Shown here: positions 29,414 through 38,999 of the stretch, one piece after another | Layout: every line of letters begins with the position of its first letter | Position numbering within the stretch: the stretch's first letter is position 1 | Source: Fimbriimonadales bacterium | Lineage (GTDB): Bacteria; Armatimonadota; Fimbriimonadia; Fimbriimonadales; ATM1 | Length of the DNA: 64,000 bases | Assembly (NCBI GenBank): GCA_041744215.1 | Contig: JBGTLG010000039.1 | Location: 116,333-180,332 of the forward strand | Direction of reading: 5' to 3' | Translations under genes and position numbers: made by a program | The notes under the pieces: model-generated | Told to the model about the DNA's origin: nothing | What the model saw: the letters and a program-made list of their open reading frames with translations, nothing else | The model's database searches: none

Positions 29414-30271
29414 CTACTTGAGTACGCGCGGCGACGAGTTGTTTCCCGGGCCCGCCGTTAGCGGTTCCTCATTCAGCGTAGTAGCGTTCATTTTGTAAAT
29501 TTCAAATGAGCCTGTGCGATCGTTAGCGAATAGAACTTGCGATCCCGTTCGGCTAAACTCGGGCCACTCCGAATCGCCGGCGACCATGTAAAACGGTAGC
29601 TGATTCGTGCCGTCTTCGTTCATTATCCAGATTTCGCCATCGCGAACCCACAGTATCTTCCCACCTGCACGGGAGTAAACCGGCATCGTATCGTCCGCAG
29701 CTGAGTCGGTCAGACGCACAACTTCTGTTCCATCGCTCTTCATCTTGTAAATTTCAGACTGACCGTCCCGCGTGGACACGAACACGATCGACCTTCCTGC
29801 CGGGCTGTATTGCGGCATCGTGTCGTCGCCCGCGCTCGTCGTTAAGCGGGCGGTTCCCGTACCGTTAAGGTTCATGCGATAGATTTGGAAGGGGCCGTCT
29901 CTATCCGATGCAAAAGCAAAGAACTCATTGTTGGGATCATAGACGGGGTCGATGTCTTCAAACGCGTTATCTGTTACGCGGACCACATCGGTTCCGTCGA
30001 CGCGCATCGTAAAGATCTCGAAATTGCCGGCTCGATCGGAAGCAAAGACAATGCGCTGCTGGTTGGGCGAGATTCCACCCAATCGATCCGTCGCCGCATT
30101 GTTAGTGAGGTTTGTTTGGCCACCGCCCTCGCCATCCATTAGGTAGATCTCGAGGTTGCCGTCGCGGTCACTAATGAAAACGATCTGCTGAACGTTTGGC
30201 AACGCGGAGCTGCATGCGGCGAACGCAAGGGCTGCGACGAGCAGGGAGGCGGCGAAAATCTGCTTGATCAT
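29414..30271 (-). CDS. TolB-like PD40 beta-propeller lipoprotein
   Basis: FAAC lipobox; six F.SDR.G..EIY.M..DG....LT repeats. Confidence 0.88.
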   Translation of the reverse strand: MIKQIFAASLLVAALAFAACSSALPNVQQIVFISDRDGNLEIYLMDGEGGGQTNLTNNAATDRLGGISPNQQRIVFASDRAGNFEIFTMRVDGTDVVRVTDNAFEDIDPVYDPNNEFFAFASDRDGPFQIYRMNLNGTGTARLTTSAGDDTMPQYSPAGRSIVFVSTRDGQSEIYKMKSDGTEVVRLTDSAADDTMPVYSRAGGKILWVRDGEIWIMNEDGTNQLPFYMVAGDSEWPEFSRTGSQVLFANDRTGSFEIYKMNATTLNEEPLTAGPGNNSSPRVLK

Positions 30272-30357
30272 TCTTCTTCCTTAGACGCTCCGAGAGCGCG
30301 GCGTGTCATTCTAGCATGGCACCTCCACCCCGTTCTCGGTACAATTGACCGGCCTGC

Positions 30358-31500
30358 ATGAGGATCGCACACATCAGCGACACGCACCTGGGCTTCCGTG
30401 CGTACTCTCGCCAAGACTCGACCGGACTGAACCAGCGTGAGGTTGACGTCATGAGGACTTTTGACCTGGCGCTCGCCTCAGTCGGCGAGGCGGATCCCGA
30501 TATCGTGCTGCACACAGGTGACTTCTTCGACGTCGTCCGCCCGAGCAACCACTCCATCGTCAACGCTTTTCGGCGGGTGTCGGCGTTCCAAAAGATGCGC
30601 CGCGGAAAGCCCTTGGTGATCGTCGCCGGGAACCATGAAACCCCGAAGAGTCTTGATGCAGGCTGCATTCTTCGACTTTTTGGGACTCCGACGGGCAGTG
30701 GTGCGATCGACGGGGTCTTTGCCGTAATCGACGACGGCACTTCGATTCGCCTTCCCGGCTTGGAGCTGCTCGTGCTGCCGACGAGAGGACTTCATCGGAA
30801 AGACGAGATCTCGCTACGACCTGAAACATCCGAGCCCGCGCGGGTGCTTGCCGCCCACGGGCTTGACGCTTCGCTAGGACTTGGGCACGCTGACTTCTCC
30901 ATCGAAGAGTTCTCGCCCGATGAATGGAGCTACGTCGCCCTGGGCGACTATCATGTTCGGAAAGAGTTGGGGCCCCGCGCAGCATATTCAGGCTCGACCG
31001 ACTACACCAGTTCGAACATTTGGGAAGAGATTGCTCACCCCAAGGGGTGGTATCTGATCGATACCGAATCGGGAAGCCGCGAGTTTGTTGAGGTGCGCCC
31101 TGTTCGACCAGCGATCGACCTCGAGCCAATCGACGGGGCCGGACTCTCAGGGGCGGAGATTGGGCAAGCTATGGAGGCTCGCGCACCGGCCTCTTCCGAA
31201 CCGGAGCCGATCGTGCGGCAAAAAGTGATCGGCGTGCATCCGTCCGCACGATCCGAGATTCCGTCGTCGTCCATTCGCGAGCTTCGTCTGCGTTTCGCAC
31301 ACTATCGCTTGGACATACAGCTCGCGGCAGACGGCGCATCGAAGGGGGTCTCGGCCGGCGGACGATCACTGGAGCGGGAGTGGGAAGAGTTTGGCAGCGC
31401 TCGTGAGCTTGCGCCTGGAATCGACCGGGCCGCTTTCATCGCCACCGGCACCAATCTTTTGGGGGAGGCGACAGATGATCTTGAAGCGACTATCGATTAG
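30358..31500 (+). CDS. sbcD: SbcD/Mre11 family nuclease subunit
   Basis: HISDTHLG, TGDFFD, AGNHE and YSGS motifs; adjacent to a Rad50-like ATPase. Confidence 0.85.
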   Translation: MRIAHISDTHLGFRAYSRQDSTGLNQREVDVMRTFDLALASVGEADPDIVLHTGDFFDVVRPSNHSIVNAFRRVSAFQKMRRGKPLVIVAGNHETPKSLDAGCILRLFGTPTGSGAIDGVFAVIDDGTSIRLPGLELLVLPTRGLHRKDEISLRPETSEPARVLAAHGLDASLGLGHADFSIEEFSPDEWSYVALGDYHVRKELGPRAAYSGSTDYTSSNIWEEIAHPKGWYLIDTESGSREFVEVRPVRPAIDLEPIDGAGLSGAEIGQAMEARAPASSEPEPIVRQKVIGVHPSARSEIPSSSIRELRLRFAHYRLDIQLAADGASKGVSAGGRSLEREWEEFGSARELAPGIDRAAFIATGTNLLGEATDDLEATID

Positions 31501-33886
31501 GAACTTTCGGCAGTTTCGCGAGGCCGAGATCGAGCTGTCACCAGGGCTCACAGCGATCATCGGTGCGAATGGGAGCGGCAAGACGACCGTGATCGAGGCG
31601 ATCACGTGGGCGCTATACGGCGAGCAGCGAAACACGAAAGAGACACTGCGAAGATACTGGGCTGAAGGCCGCGCGCCAACATCAGTGTCCGTCACCTTTG
31701 CGCTGGGGCGCGAGAGTTGGCGAGTGGAGAGAACGTTGACAAGCGCGTCTCTCTTTGCAGTCGAGGATCAGGATCGACTTGTCGCGTCGTCACTTCGCGA
31801 AGTAACCAAAGCAGTCGAAAAGTTACTTGGACTCAGCTACGAGCAGTTTCGAAATAGTTTTTGCACTGAGCAGCGTGACCTATCCTTTCTAAAGTTTCGC
31901 ACGCCCAACCGGCAGCAGGAAGAACTGGGACGGATGCTTGGCTTTGATCGAATTCGAACTGCGGCAAAGACGTCGAAAGATAGGTCGAAACACCTGCGCG
32001 ACACAGCAGCAGGAATGGCAGCCGCAATCGGCACCGATGAGGTCGTGTCCGAGCGCGTCGAACAATTCCGATCCGCAGAGAACGAGGCTAGATTGCGGCT
32101 TCAGCAGGCACAAGCAGCGCTGGAGGCGAGTAGTGAGGCCTCCGCTGGGGCGCAGGCACAGCGAGACAGAGCGTCCGCGGCGCGCACTTTGATTGCCGAG
32201 ATGAGGGTGCGCCGACAGTTGGGACAAACGCTCAAAGAACAGATGGATGCTGCTTCGGTTCAGCTAAACAAGGCCAAGTCGGAGGCGCTTGAGCGTGACA
32301 CGTTATGCGACGGCGCGAAAGAGTATGAAGCGGCGGATGCGCAACACAAACGATTCATCGCTCAATCGAAGCAAGCAGAGTCGAGATTGCGCGCAGAGGC
32401 AACAATTGCTGCTGCAATGGGCCGTGCAGACACGATCCGAAAAGAGTTTGATGCTGATGCTTCCCTCCGAGTCGAATCAGCAGTTAGCAACATGGATGGC
32501 GATGCTAAAGAACTGGCGGGTGCCGAGGAGGCTCTGCGACTCGCAACCGACGAATGGCATTCTCATCGCCAAGCTGCACAAGAGTCGCTGGCAGAGTCGA
32601 ACGCACGACTGACTGAAATCTCATCGAGGGCAGAAGAGCTGGGCGCTTCCATCGCATCTGGAGTCTGCCCGATTTGCAGTCAGCCCTGGCCGTCCGAAAA
32701 AATCGATGCTGTCGAGGAAGTGCGAAGAAGGGTCGCCGATGCCGAACGCGATCTTGTGAAAAAACAGCAAGCCTTCCATGCCGTAAAGGAGACTTCGAAG
32801 GCTGTCACGGATCTAACTGAACGCGTGGCGCAGTTGCGGCAACGGCTCGAAGAGTCTCGTCAGACTCGTGATCTTGCTAAGGCAGCGATGTCTGAACAAA
32901 CAAAGCGAGAAGCAGAACTGCGAAGTCTCGAACAGCAAGTGAAAGAGCAGAAAGACGCCATGCAGGATCTGCCAGACAAGCCGGATCCGGAAGCCGTTAT
33001 CGAGTGTGAACGAAAACTCGAGCTTCACCACGCGGCTTGGATTCGCTTCGGCCAATTGGCAGACGCAGTGGCAAGACTCGAAGCAGCAGAGCTTATTCTC
33101 AAGAATTCACAAGAGAAGTTTGCTGAGGAGAAGGAGTCGCAAGCTGCGGCCGACGCCAAGCTACGTGAACTCGGATTCAGCCCAAACGAAGCTGACCGTG
33201 CGGATGCAGAAGTGGAGGAAGCGAGCAAACGGCTCGAGTCGCTGCGCGAAGCCGAAGCGAGCTTGAAACACGCCATGGAGATTGCAGAAGAAAGAGGGCG
33301 GAATCTCACTGCTGCAGAAACTGCCCTTTCCGAGTTTCGCGAGAAGAAGCTGAAAATCGAGGAGATAGAACGGGAATCGAAACTGTACAACGAAGTTGGC
33401 ACCGCGCTCGCCGAACTCCGCGAAGCACTGACGGAACGTGCGCGTCCGCTGCTTGAACAAATCGCATCGACCAACTTGGCAGCGCTGTCAGGTGGACGGT
33501 ATCTCACGCTAAAGCTGTCAGACCGATTTGAGCCGACCGTCATCGATGAGAATGTCGAGAAGGATGTTATCAGCGGTGGCGAGGAAGATATCGTCGCGCT
33601 TTCTTTGCGTCTCGCGCTCGCGCAATTGATCCAGGAACGAAGCGGTCAGCCGATGAGCCTGCTGATGATGGACGAGGTGTTTGGGTCTTTGGACGCTGAG
33701 CGGCGGACGAACGTACTCTCCCAACTCGAGGCGATGAGGGATATGTTCGATCAGATACTTGTGATCAGCCATATCGAAGCGATCAATGACGCGGCGGACC
33801 GGTGCCTCATCGTGAGATACGACCCTCTCACGCGGGAGAGCGCCGTCGTGGAGGCGGTCGCAGACGTCGCTGAAATGGTCAGTTGA
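31475..33886 (+). CDS. sbcC: SbcC/Rad50 SMC-family ATPase
   Basis: NFRQF, GANGSGKTT Walker A, long coiled coil with CPIC zinc hook, ISGGE signature, MDEVFGSLD Walker B, ISH. Confidence 0.88.
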   Translation: MILKRLSIRNFRQFREAEIELSPGLTAIIGANGSGKTTVIEAITWALYGEQRNTKETLRRYWAEGRAPTSVSVTFALGRESWRVERTLTSASLFAVEDQDRLVASSLREVTKAVEKLLGLSYEQFRNSFCTEQRDLSFLKFRTPNRQQEELGRMLGFDRIRTAAKTSKDRSKHLRDTAAGMAAAIGTDEVVSERVEQFRSAENEARLRLQQAQAALEASSEASAGAQAQRDRASAARTLIAEMRVRRQLGQTLKEQMDAASVQLNKAKSEALERDTLCDGAKEYEAADAQHKRFIAQSKQAESRLRAEATIAAAMGRADTIRKEFDADASLRVESAVSNMDGDAKELAGAEEALRLATDEWHSHRQAAQESLAESNARLTEISSRAEELGASIASGVCPICSQPWPSEKIDAVEEVRRRVADAERDLVKKQQAFHAVKETSKAVTDLTERVAQLRQRLEESRQTRDLAKAAMSEQTKREAELRSLEQQVKEQKDAMQDLPDKPDPEAVIECERKLELHHAAWIRFGQLADAVARLEAAELILKNSQEKFAEEKESQAAADAKLRELGFSPNEADRADAEVEEASKRLESLREAEASLKHAMEIAEERGRNLTAAETALSEFREKKLKIEEIERESKLYNEVGTALAELREALTERARPLLEQIASTNLAALSGGRYLTLKLSDRFEPTVIDENVEKDVISGGEEDIVALSLRLALAQLIQERSGQPMSLLMMDEVFGSLDAERRTNVLSQLEAMRDMFDQILVISHIEAINDAADRCLIVRYDPLTRESAVVEAVADVAEMVS

Positions 33887-33903
33887 TCTGCCAGAATCTG
33901 GCG

Positions 33904-34284
33904 ATGCGCGCCGTACTTCTGCTTTTCTCGCTCACGCTGTCGCTGTGCGGCTGTTCTCAGCCAGAGTCCGACGATACCGGCAGTATCAAAGAGATCGACG
34001 TCACAACTCCAGCCCCGGCATCGACGGTCTCAAACCCTGAGATCGAGGCTGCGATTCGTAATGTGGCTGACCTACGAGATCATAACATGCGCCTGACCTC
34101 CGTCGATATTCGGGGCGACTTTGCGCTCGTAACCGCAGAGTCCAACTCAGCCAACTTGGATCCGCTGACCCTGCTCTTGGGGCGGAAAGACGGGTGGCGG
34201 GTTCTGGATTTCGGGACTGCGCTCGAAGGCGTCGGGGAACAGTTTGGAGTTCCAGCCGACACAATCAAGGAATGGGGACTTTAG
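33904..34284 (+). CDS. hypothetical lipoprotein
   Basis: Signal peptide with LCGC lipobox. Confidence 0.65.
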   Translation: MRAVLLLFSLTLSLCGCSQPESDDTGSIKEIDVTTPAPASTVSNPEIEAAIRNVADLRDHNMRLTSVDIRGDFALVTAESNSANLDPLTLLLGRKDGWRVLDFGTALEGVGEQFGVPADTIKEWGL

Positions 34285-34333
34285 GGCTAAGAGTGAACGC
34301 TTGTCTCTCCGATAATCCTAGACGGGGGTAAGC

Positions 34334-35569
34334 ATGCCTACATCGTCTGACAACGCAACGCTGTTTGAAATCTCGATGGCCCGGCAGCCGATTTATGATC
34401 GAGGGCTGGCCATCTACGGATTCGAACTGCTTTATCGCGGCTCCCAATCGACACCTGGCGTACTCGATGGAACCGAGTCGGCGCGCGCGATCCTAAATGC
34501 GTTGGTGGGGTTCGGAATCTCTGAACTCGCCGGTTCTAAGCCCGCATTCATCAACCTTTCTGAGGAGCTCATCGTCAATGGACAAGTCGACTTGCTTCCC
34601 AAAGAATCTGTCGTCCTAGAAGTCTTGGAAACAGTAAAGCCGACCGCGGCAGTCGTACAGATACTTCGGGACCTCCGAGAGAGCGGATACAAGATCGCGA
34701 TAGATGACTTTGTAGCAGGAGATGGCAGGGACGAGCTCTTAAGTATTGCCGACATCGTTAAGATCGATGTGCTCGCACATACGACTGCAACTGAGCTCCA
34801 GCGACAGGTGCGGTTGTGCGCACGGCCTGGGCGGCAACTCCTTGCGGAGAAGGTTGAAGACTACAAGTCACTGAGACTCTGCCGCAGTCTCGGGTTTGAC
34901 TTTTTCCAGGGCTACTTTCTCTGTCAGCCGGATGTATTACGCGCACGAGAAGTGCGCGCAAATCGCGCAACACTTTTGGCATTGCTCCAAAAACTCCAAG
35001 ACCCTGCGGTTCGCTATTCAGATTTGGAAGAGATTGTCAACCATGACCTCGGGATGGCACATCGGCTTCTGCGATTCATTCGGAGCGCACACCTTGGACT
35101 GGAGGCGCCTATCGCATCCATCCGTCAGGCGTTGCTCTTCTTGGGAGTCCGGCGCGTCGCCGCGCTAGGCTGTTTAATGGCCATGGCTGAGAAATCCGAA
35201 AAGCCGTCGCACCTGCTCCGCATGGCCATCGAGCGGGCGAAGATGTGTGAACTGCTTGCTGTGGCAGCCAACGAAGTTCAGCAAGAACGTTTCTTCACAG
35301 TTGGGCTGTTCTCTGTTCTTGACGCGTTGATGGACTCCCCGATGGAAAAGGTGCTCAGTGACTTACCTCTGGAAGCTGAGACCAAGGGCGCCCTGATGGG
35401 CACCGACACGGAATCTCCGCTCTATCTCGCGCTCAATTGTGTCCGCAATCTCGAACGCGGCAACTTCTCCGATGCCAAGTTTCGACATCTGACGGGTGTT
35501 GATATATCTGCGGCATATCGGTTGGCTGTCGCCTGGGCGGTGGAAACAGAGTTCGAGTCAGCGGCGTAG
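34334..35569 (+). CDS. EAL-HDOD protein (YuxH/PdeH-like)
   Basis: ARQPI..FELLYR, FINL, LEVLE, IAIDDF, AEKVE and FQGY motifs, then an HDOD domain (F.VGLFS.LDAL). Confidence 0.88.
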   Translation: MPTSSDNATLFEISMARQPIYDRGLAIYGFELLYRGSQSTPGVLDGTESARAILNALVGFGISELAGSKPAFINLSEELIVNGQVDLLPKESVVLEVLETVKPTAAVVQILRDLRESGYKIAIDDFVAGDGRDELLSIADIVKIDVLAHTTATELQRQVRLCARPGRQLLAEKVEDYKSLRLCRSLGFDFFQGYFLCQPDVLRAREVRANRATLLALLQKLQDPAVRYSDLEEIVNHDLGMAHRLLRFIRSAHLGLEAPIASIRQALLFLGVRRVAALGCLMAMAEKSEKPSHLLRMAIERAKMCELLAVAANEVQQERFFTVGLFSVLDALMDSPMEKVLSDLPLEAETKGALMGTDTESPLYLALNCVRNLERGNFSDAKFRHLTGVDISAAYRLAVAWAVETEFESAA

Positions 35570-36304
35570 CCGATCCGGCGCAATCCCGATGACATGGATT
35601 CTGTCGCTTGTCTTCTTTGGCGGATTCAGAGTGTACGCGTCATACAGTTGCACGCGAATAAACCCTGCATCGGACATTGCCTGTCGCACTTCGTCGTCGG
35701 AGTATGCGCGCTGAACGTGCGTCTCGTGGAAGTGCTCACTGCCTTTCCAGAAATCCATCTCAATAGTGCACGTCTTCGCGGCGGCGTTCCACTTACCAAC
35801 CCAGTTGTACCGCAGATCCTCGGATCGCTTCATGTTGGATTGGTCAAACATGTTTTTTTCAAAAGCGTAAGCAGTATTGAGATCGAAGAGAAATGGCGCT
35901 CCGGGATAAAGATGCTTGCAGACTGAAGCAAGAGCAGTTCGAAATCGCTCCAGATCAAGAATGTTGTTGAGACTATCGAAGAACGAGATAGCGGCGTCAA
36001 ACTCTTCATCTATGTTCAGATCCGCGGCATCTTGAACTAGAAACTTGATGTCAAGTTTTCTGTCGATCGCAATCGATTTGGCTACTTCAATCATCGGTGC
36101 CGAGGCATCTACCCCAGTCACCAAAATGCCGTCGGCAGCGAGCATCCGGCACAGCTTTCCTGTTCCACAAGCTACTTCGAGAACTGACTTTGGCTCCACC
36201 TCGAGCTTTGTCCATATCAGGCGAAGATAGCTCAGCCACATGCTGTACGGAACGCCCTGCATCAGATGCTCGTAGTGCGGCGCTATCTTGGTAAACGCGT
36301 CCAT
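35558..36304 (-). CDS. class I SAM-dependent methyltransferase
   Basis: VLEVACGTG, GVDAS..M, FDSLN and FLFDLNT motifs; ATG at 36304. Confidence 0.88.
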   Translation of the reverse strand: MDAFTKIAPHYEHLMQGVPYSMWLSYLRLIWTKLEVEPKSVLEVACGTGKLCRMLAADGILVTGVDASAPMIEVAKSIAIDRKLDIKFLVQDAADLNIDEEFDAAISFFDSLNNILDLERFRTALASVCKHLYPGAPFLFDLNTAYAFEKNMFDQSNMKRSEDLRYNWVGKWNAAAKTCTIEMDFWKGSEHFHETHVQRAYSDDEVRQAMSDAGFIRVQLYDAYTLNPPKKTSDRIHVIGIAPDRLRR

Positions 36305-36377
36305 CCGAAACGTGAGTCTATCGCTATTCGCCGCCAGTTTCCCACTTTCGGCCTTCTCTGCGCGTCTAACGTAGTCC

Positions 36378-37769
36378 GTGGTCCACATAGCTCTGTTCGC
36401 GGTAGCCTTCGGCCAACTCGGCTGGAAGTCAGGCACTCCTGAGCCGATTCTTGAAGCCGACCCCGAGTTTGTCGCCATGTATTGGCACGCGTGGGAGACA
36501 CATCGGGCGGGAATCCACGAGGAGGCTCCGGGCGGATTGCCATCGCCGCTTTTCGCTCCTAGCGGAAGGCTATCTGCGTCCGAGGCCGTCACCGGCACTC
36601 TCTTCACCCGATGGGCTTGGCGAGCATCAGGAGCCTATGAAACGCTTGATTCCTACCTTCTGTTAGTCGACCGAGCGGGTCAGGCACCCGCCTTTTGGAT
36701 CCTCGAGGACGGCACTCGAACAGGCCCCCAGCAGCGCCCCCTGTTTGGAGGCTGGGCAGCGTGGAGCCTCTACCGGATTACGGGCGACAAGTCTATGGTG
36801 GAGCGCGTCTTTTCGCCGCTCGCGCGCATTCACGCTGTGCAGGCAGCCCGGTACACAAACGAGGAAGGTCTTCGGAGCGTGACGCCCGAGACAAGCCTGG
36901 TGCCGGAATCCGGGCCGGCTGAGCTTTCTGACTCAAGCGAGGTTGCCGCGATTCTCCTGCTTGAGTCCCATTATCTCGCGCTGTGCGCTCAAGCGATCGG
37001 GCTAGGGTCCGCAGCGAATGTCTATCAACGAGCGGCGGCAGATGAAGCAAAGCGACTCGCGGCGATGTGGCTTGACAAAGAGGGCGCTTTCCGTGCAAAA
37101 AACGACGATGGCGAACCGGGTGAAAGCGCAACTCTGATCCCGATGCTGAGCATTGCGGCCAAACGGTCGCCCATGCCAACTTCCAAACGTATTCTGGAGT
37201 CGCTCGCCGATTCCACTTCGTTTCGTACTCCGCTTCTTTATCCCTCTCTCCCGCGCACAGATTCTGCGTTTCGGGGCGACAGCGGCGTGAGGCCGCTGTT
37301 GCAGTACTTGATAGTGAGAGCCCTAATCGAAGCAGGAGAGCGTGGGGCGGCCGCGATCGCCTGCGAGTCGATGCTGCGAGGAATTGCGAGATCTTGGCGG
37401 CGCGAACAGCAACTCTACACAGAATACGGGCCGCTCACAATGATGCCAAGCCCTCAAGCCCGACCGTCGGGATTCGATGCAGGGTATGTAGCGGTAGCGG
37501 GGTTAATCGAGGCCGTTCTTGGATTCGATGTCGATGCACCAAACAAGACAATTGACTGGTTTATGACTCGTCGCGACCGCCATGGCATCTCACGCCTCAG
37601 AATGGGGTCAAACACCATCACATTGATTGCGCGTGAGAGGAAGTCGAGCACCGAGAATCCGGTCATAGAGGTTAAAGCGGAAAGCCCATTTACGCTGCGA
37701 GTCACCTCCACTGGACGAACCTTCACGAGGCGTTTCTCGGCCGGCGAGTCGACTTGGGAGATTCGTTAG
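36378..37769 (+). CDS. MGH1/GH63-like (alpha/alpha)6 glycoside hydrolase-like protein
   Basis: MYWHAW, AAWSLYRITGDK, MWLDKEGAF and GLIEAVLG segments plus C-terminal beta domain; catalytic motifs unclear. Confidence 0.55.
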   Translation: MVHIALFAVAFGQLGWKSGTPEPILEADPEFVAMYWHAWETHRAGIHEEAPGGLPSPLFAPSGRLSASEAVTGTLFTRWAWRASGAYETLDSYLLLVDRAGQAPAFWILEDGTRTGPQQRPLFGGWAAWSLYRITGDKSMVERVFSPLARIHAVQAARYTNEEGLRSVTPETSLVPESGPAELSDSSEVAAILLLESHYLALCAQAIGLGSAANVYQRAAADEAKRLAAMWLDKEGAFRAKNDDGEPGESATLIPMLSIAAKRSPMPTSKRILESLADSTSFRTPLLYPSLPRTDSAFRGDSGVRPLLQYLIVRALIEAGERGAAAIACESMLRGIARSWRREQQLYTEYGPLTMMPSPQARPSGFDAGYVAVAGLIEAVLGFDVDAPNKTIDWFMTRRDRHGISRLRMGSNTITLIARERKSSTENPVIEVKAESPFTLRVTSTGRTFTRRFSAGESTWEIR

Positions 37770-38293
37770 TGCAGCGCGCCGAGATCAATTCGCTCGCCAG
37801 CACCGATTCCTTTATTTTCAAACCACCCGGCTTTCATCTCGATTGCGTACTGGGCTGGACCTTCAGACGCATACTTCGTGTCCACGTCGAGCGGACGCAT
37901 TGTAAGAATGTTTAGAATTCGGCCGGACTTATCAAGATAGGCGATGTCGAGCGGGATAATCGTGTTCCTCATCCAAAAAGACAACGGCTCCTCCCTTTCA
38001 AAAACAAAAATCATTCCATGATTCTCTTCGAGCTCATCATCGGAAACGAACATGAGCCCTTCGTTGCGGGTTGAGTCGTTGTCTGCGACGTATAGATCGA
38101 CTCGCTCGGCGCCGATCAACAGGGTCACGCGACGCAAAGATTCGAGCGGGTGTTCGCGACGGACTGACGGCTTTATTGGGGGCCCGGGCTTTTGCTCAGA
38201 CGGTGGACTCGGCTGAGGCTGGATTGAGGGTTCGGCGTGCTGCTGCGCGCAGCCGACGAGCAAGGCGAGAAAGGCAGCGAGAATCCACTTCAC
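37766..38293 (-). CDS. DUF192 family lipoprotein
   Basis: LVGC lipobox; GLMF, GMIFVF, FWMRNTIIPLDIAY and AIEMKAG motifs. Confidence 0.9.
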   Translation of the reverse strand: MKWILAAFLALLVGCAQQHAEPSIQPQPSPPSEQKPGPPIKPSVRREHPLESLRRVTLLIGAERVDLYVADNDSTRNEGLMFVSDDELEENHGMIFVFEREEPLSFWMRNTIIPLDIAYLDKSGRILNILTMRPLDVDTKYASEGPAQYAIEMKAGWFENKGIGAGERIDLGALH

Positions 38294-38330
38294 GGAACTA
38301 TTCTATCTCCTGATACGTCTCGCCCATTGG

Positions 38331-38999
38331 ATGACCCCCATGTTTTTGCCGCTGCTAGCCTTTACGACCATTTCCCTTTCCTCGCCTGTAGCGCTCAATG
38401 CAGACGTCGAGGAATTGCTCGCACGAATGCGCACGATGTATTCATCGCCAACCACAGCGAGGCTTGAGGTATCTGTGCGCCAGGCTGTCGAAGGCGGGTT
38501 TGGCGAATACATCTTAAAGTTCGATTACGCGAAGTCGAACAAGGTTCGCGCAGAAGTCGTTCGCAACAATAAAGTCGAGTTCTCATCGGTCAGCGATGGG
38601 TCGAAGATCGCGATTCTCGATGCGAACGGGGCCGCGGTCGAGACGAAAGATTGGGACTTCGAAGCGATGGCTCAGGCGGTACCGGGAAATCTGGAGACAC
38701 TCTCATTCTTTGACTGGAATAGGCAGCTTAGCACCGCCGAAGGTGCGAACATGCACGACAACACTTTGACCATCACGAAGGACGAGTTTTGGAATGACAA
38801 GACGTGGATGGTTCTCGAAGAGATTGCTCCAAGGTCCGGAGTGATTGTCAAGTACTTTATCGAGAAGGAGACATCCTTGATTTGGCGTACGCTTGTTCGC
38901 AGCATCGAAGGAAGCCGTCTGTTGCAAGACTGCCAGGTTTTGCGCATGGAGCGGGGAATCGAGATCGATCCTAATCGCTTTGTCGTTCCAAAATCATGA
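38331..38999 (+). CDS. LolA-like secreted protein
   Basis: Signal peptide, NKVRAE..VSDGSK strand pattern, C-terminal IDPNRFVVP. Confidence 0.6.
   Translation: MTPMFLPLLAFTTISLSSPVALNADVEELLARMRTMYSSPTTARLEVSVRQAVEGGFGEYILKFDYAKSNKVRAEVVRNNKVEFSSVSDGSKIAILDANGAAVETKDWDFEAMAQAVPGNLETLSFFDWNRQLSTAEGANMHDNTLTITKDEFWNDKTWMVLEEIAPRSGVIVKYFIEKETSLIWRTLVRSIEGSRLLQDCQVLRMERGIEIDPNRFVVPKS

Noticed and set aside
29414..30271. Repetitive DNA pattern suggesting a tandem array
   Set aside because: Explained by PD40 beta-propeller protein repeats
30358..33886. SMC ATPase plus nuclease as a Wadjet/Lamassu-like defence system
   Set aside because: The zinc hook and Mre11-type partner fit housekeeping SbcCD; no kleisin/KITE or effector genes are adjacent
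36305..36607. N-terminal extension of the methyltransferase ORF
   Set aside because: Overlaps the divergent gene at 36378; the recognisable sequence begins at ATG 36304
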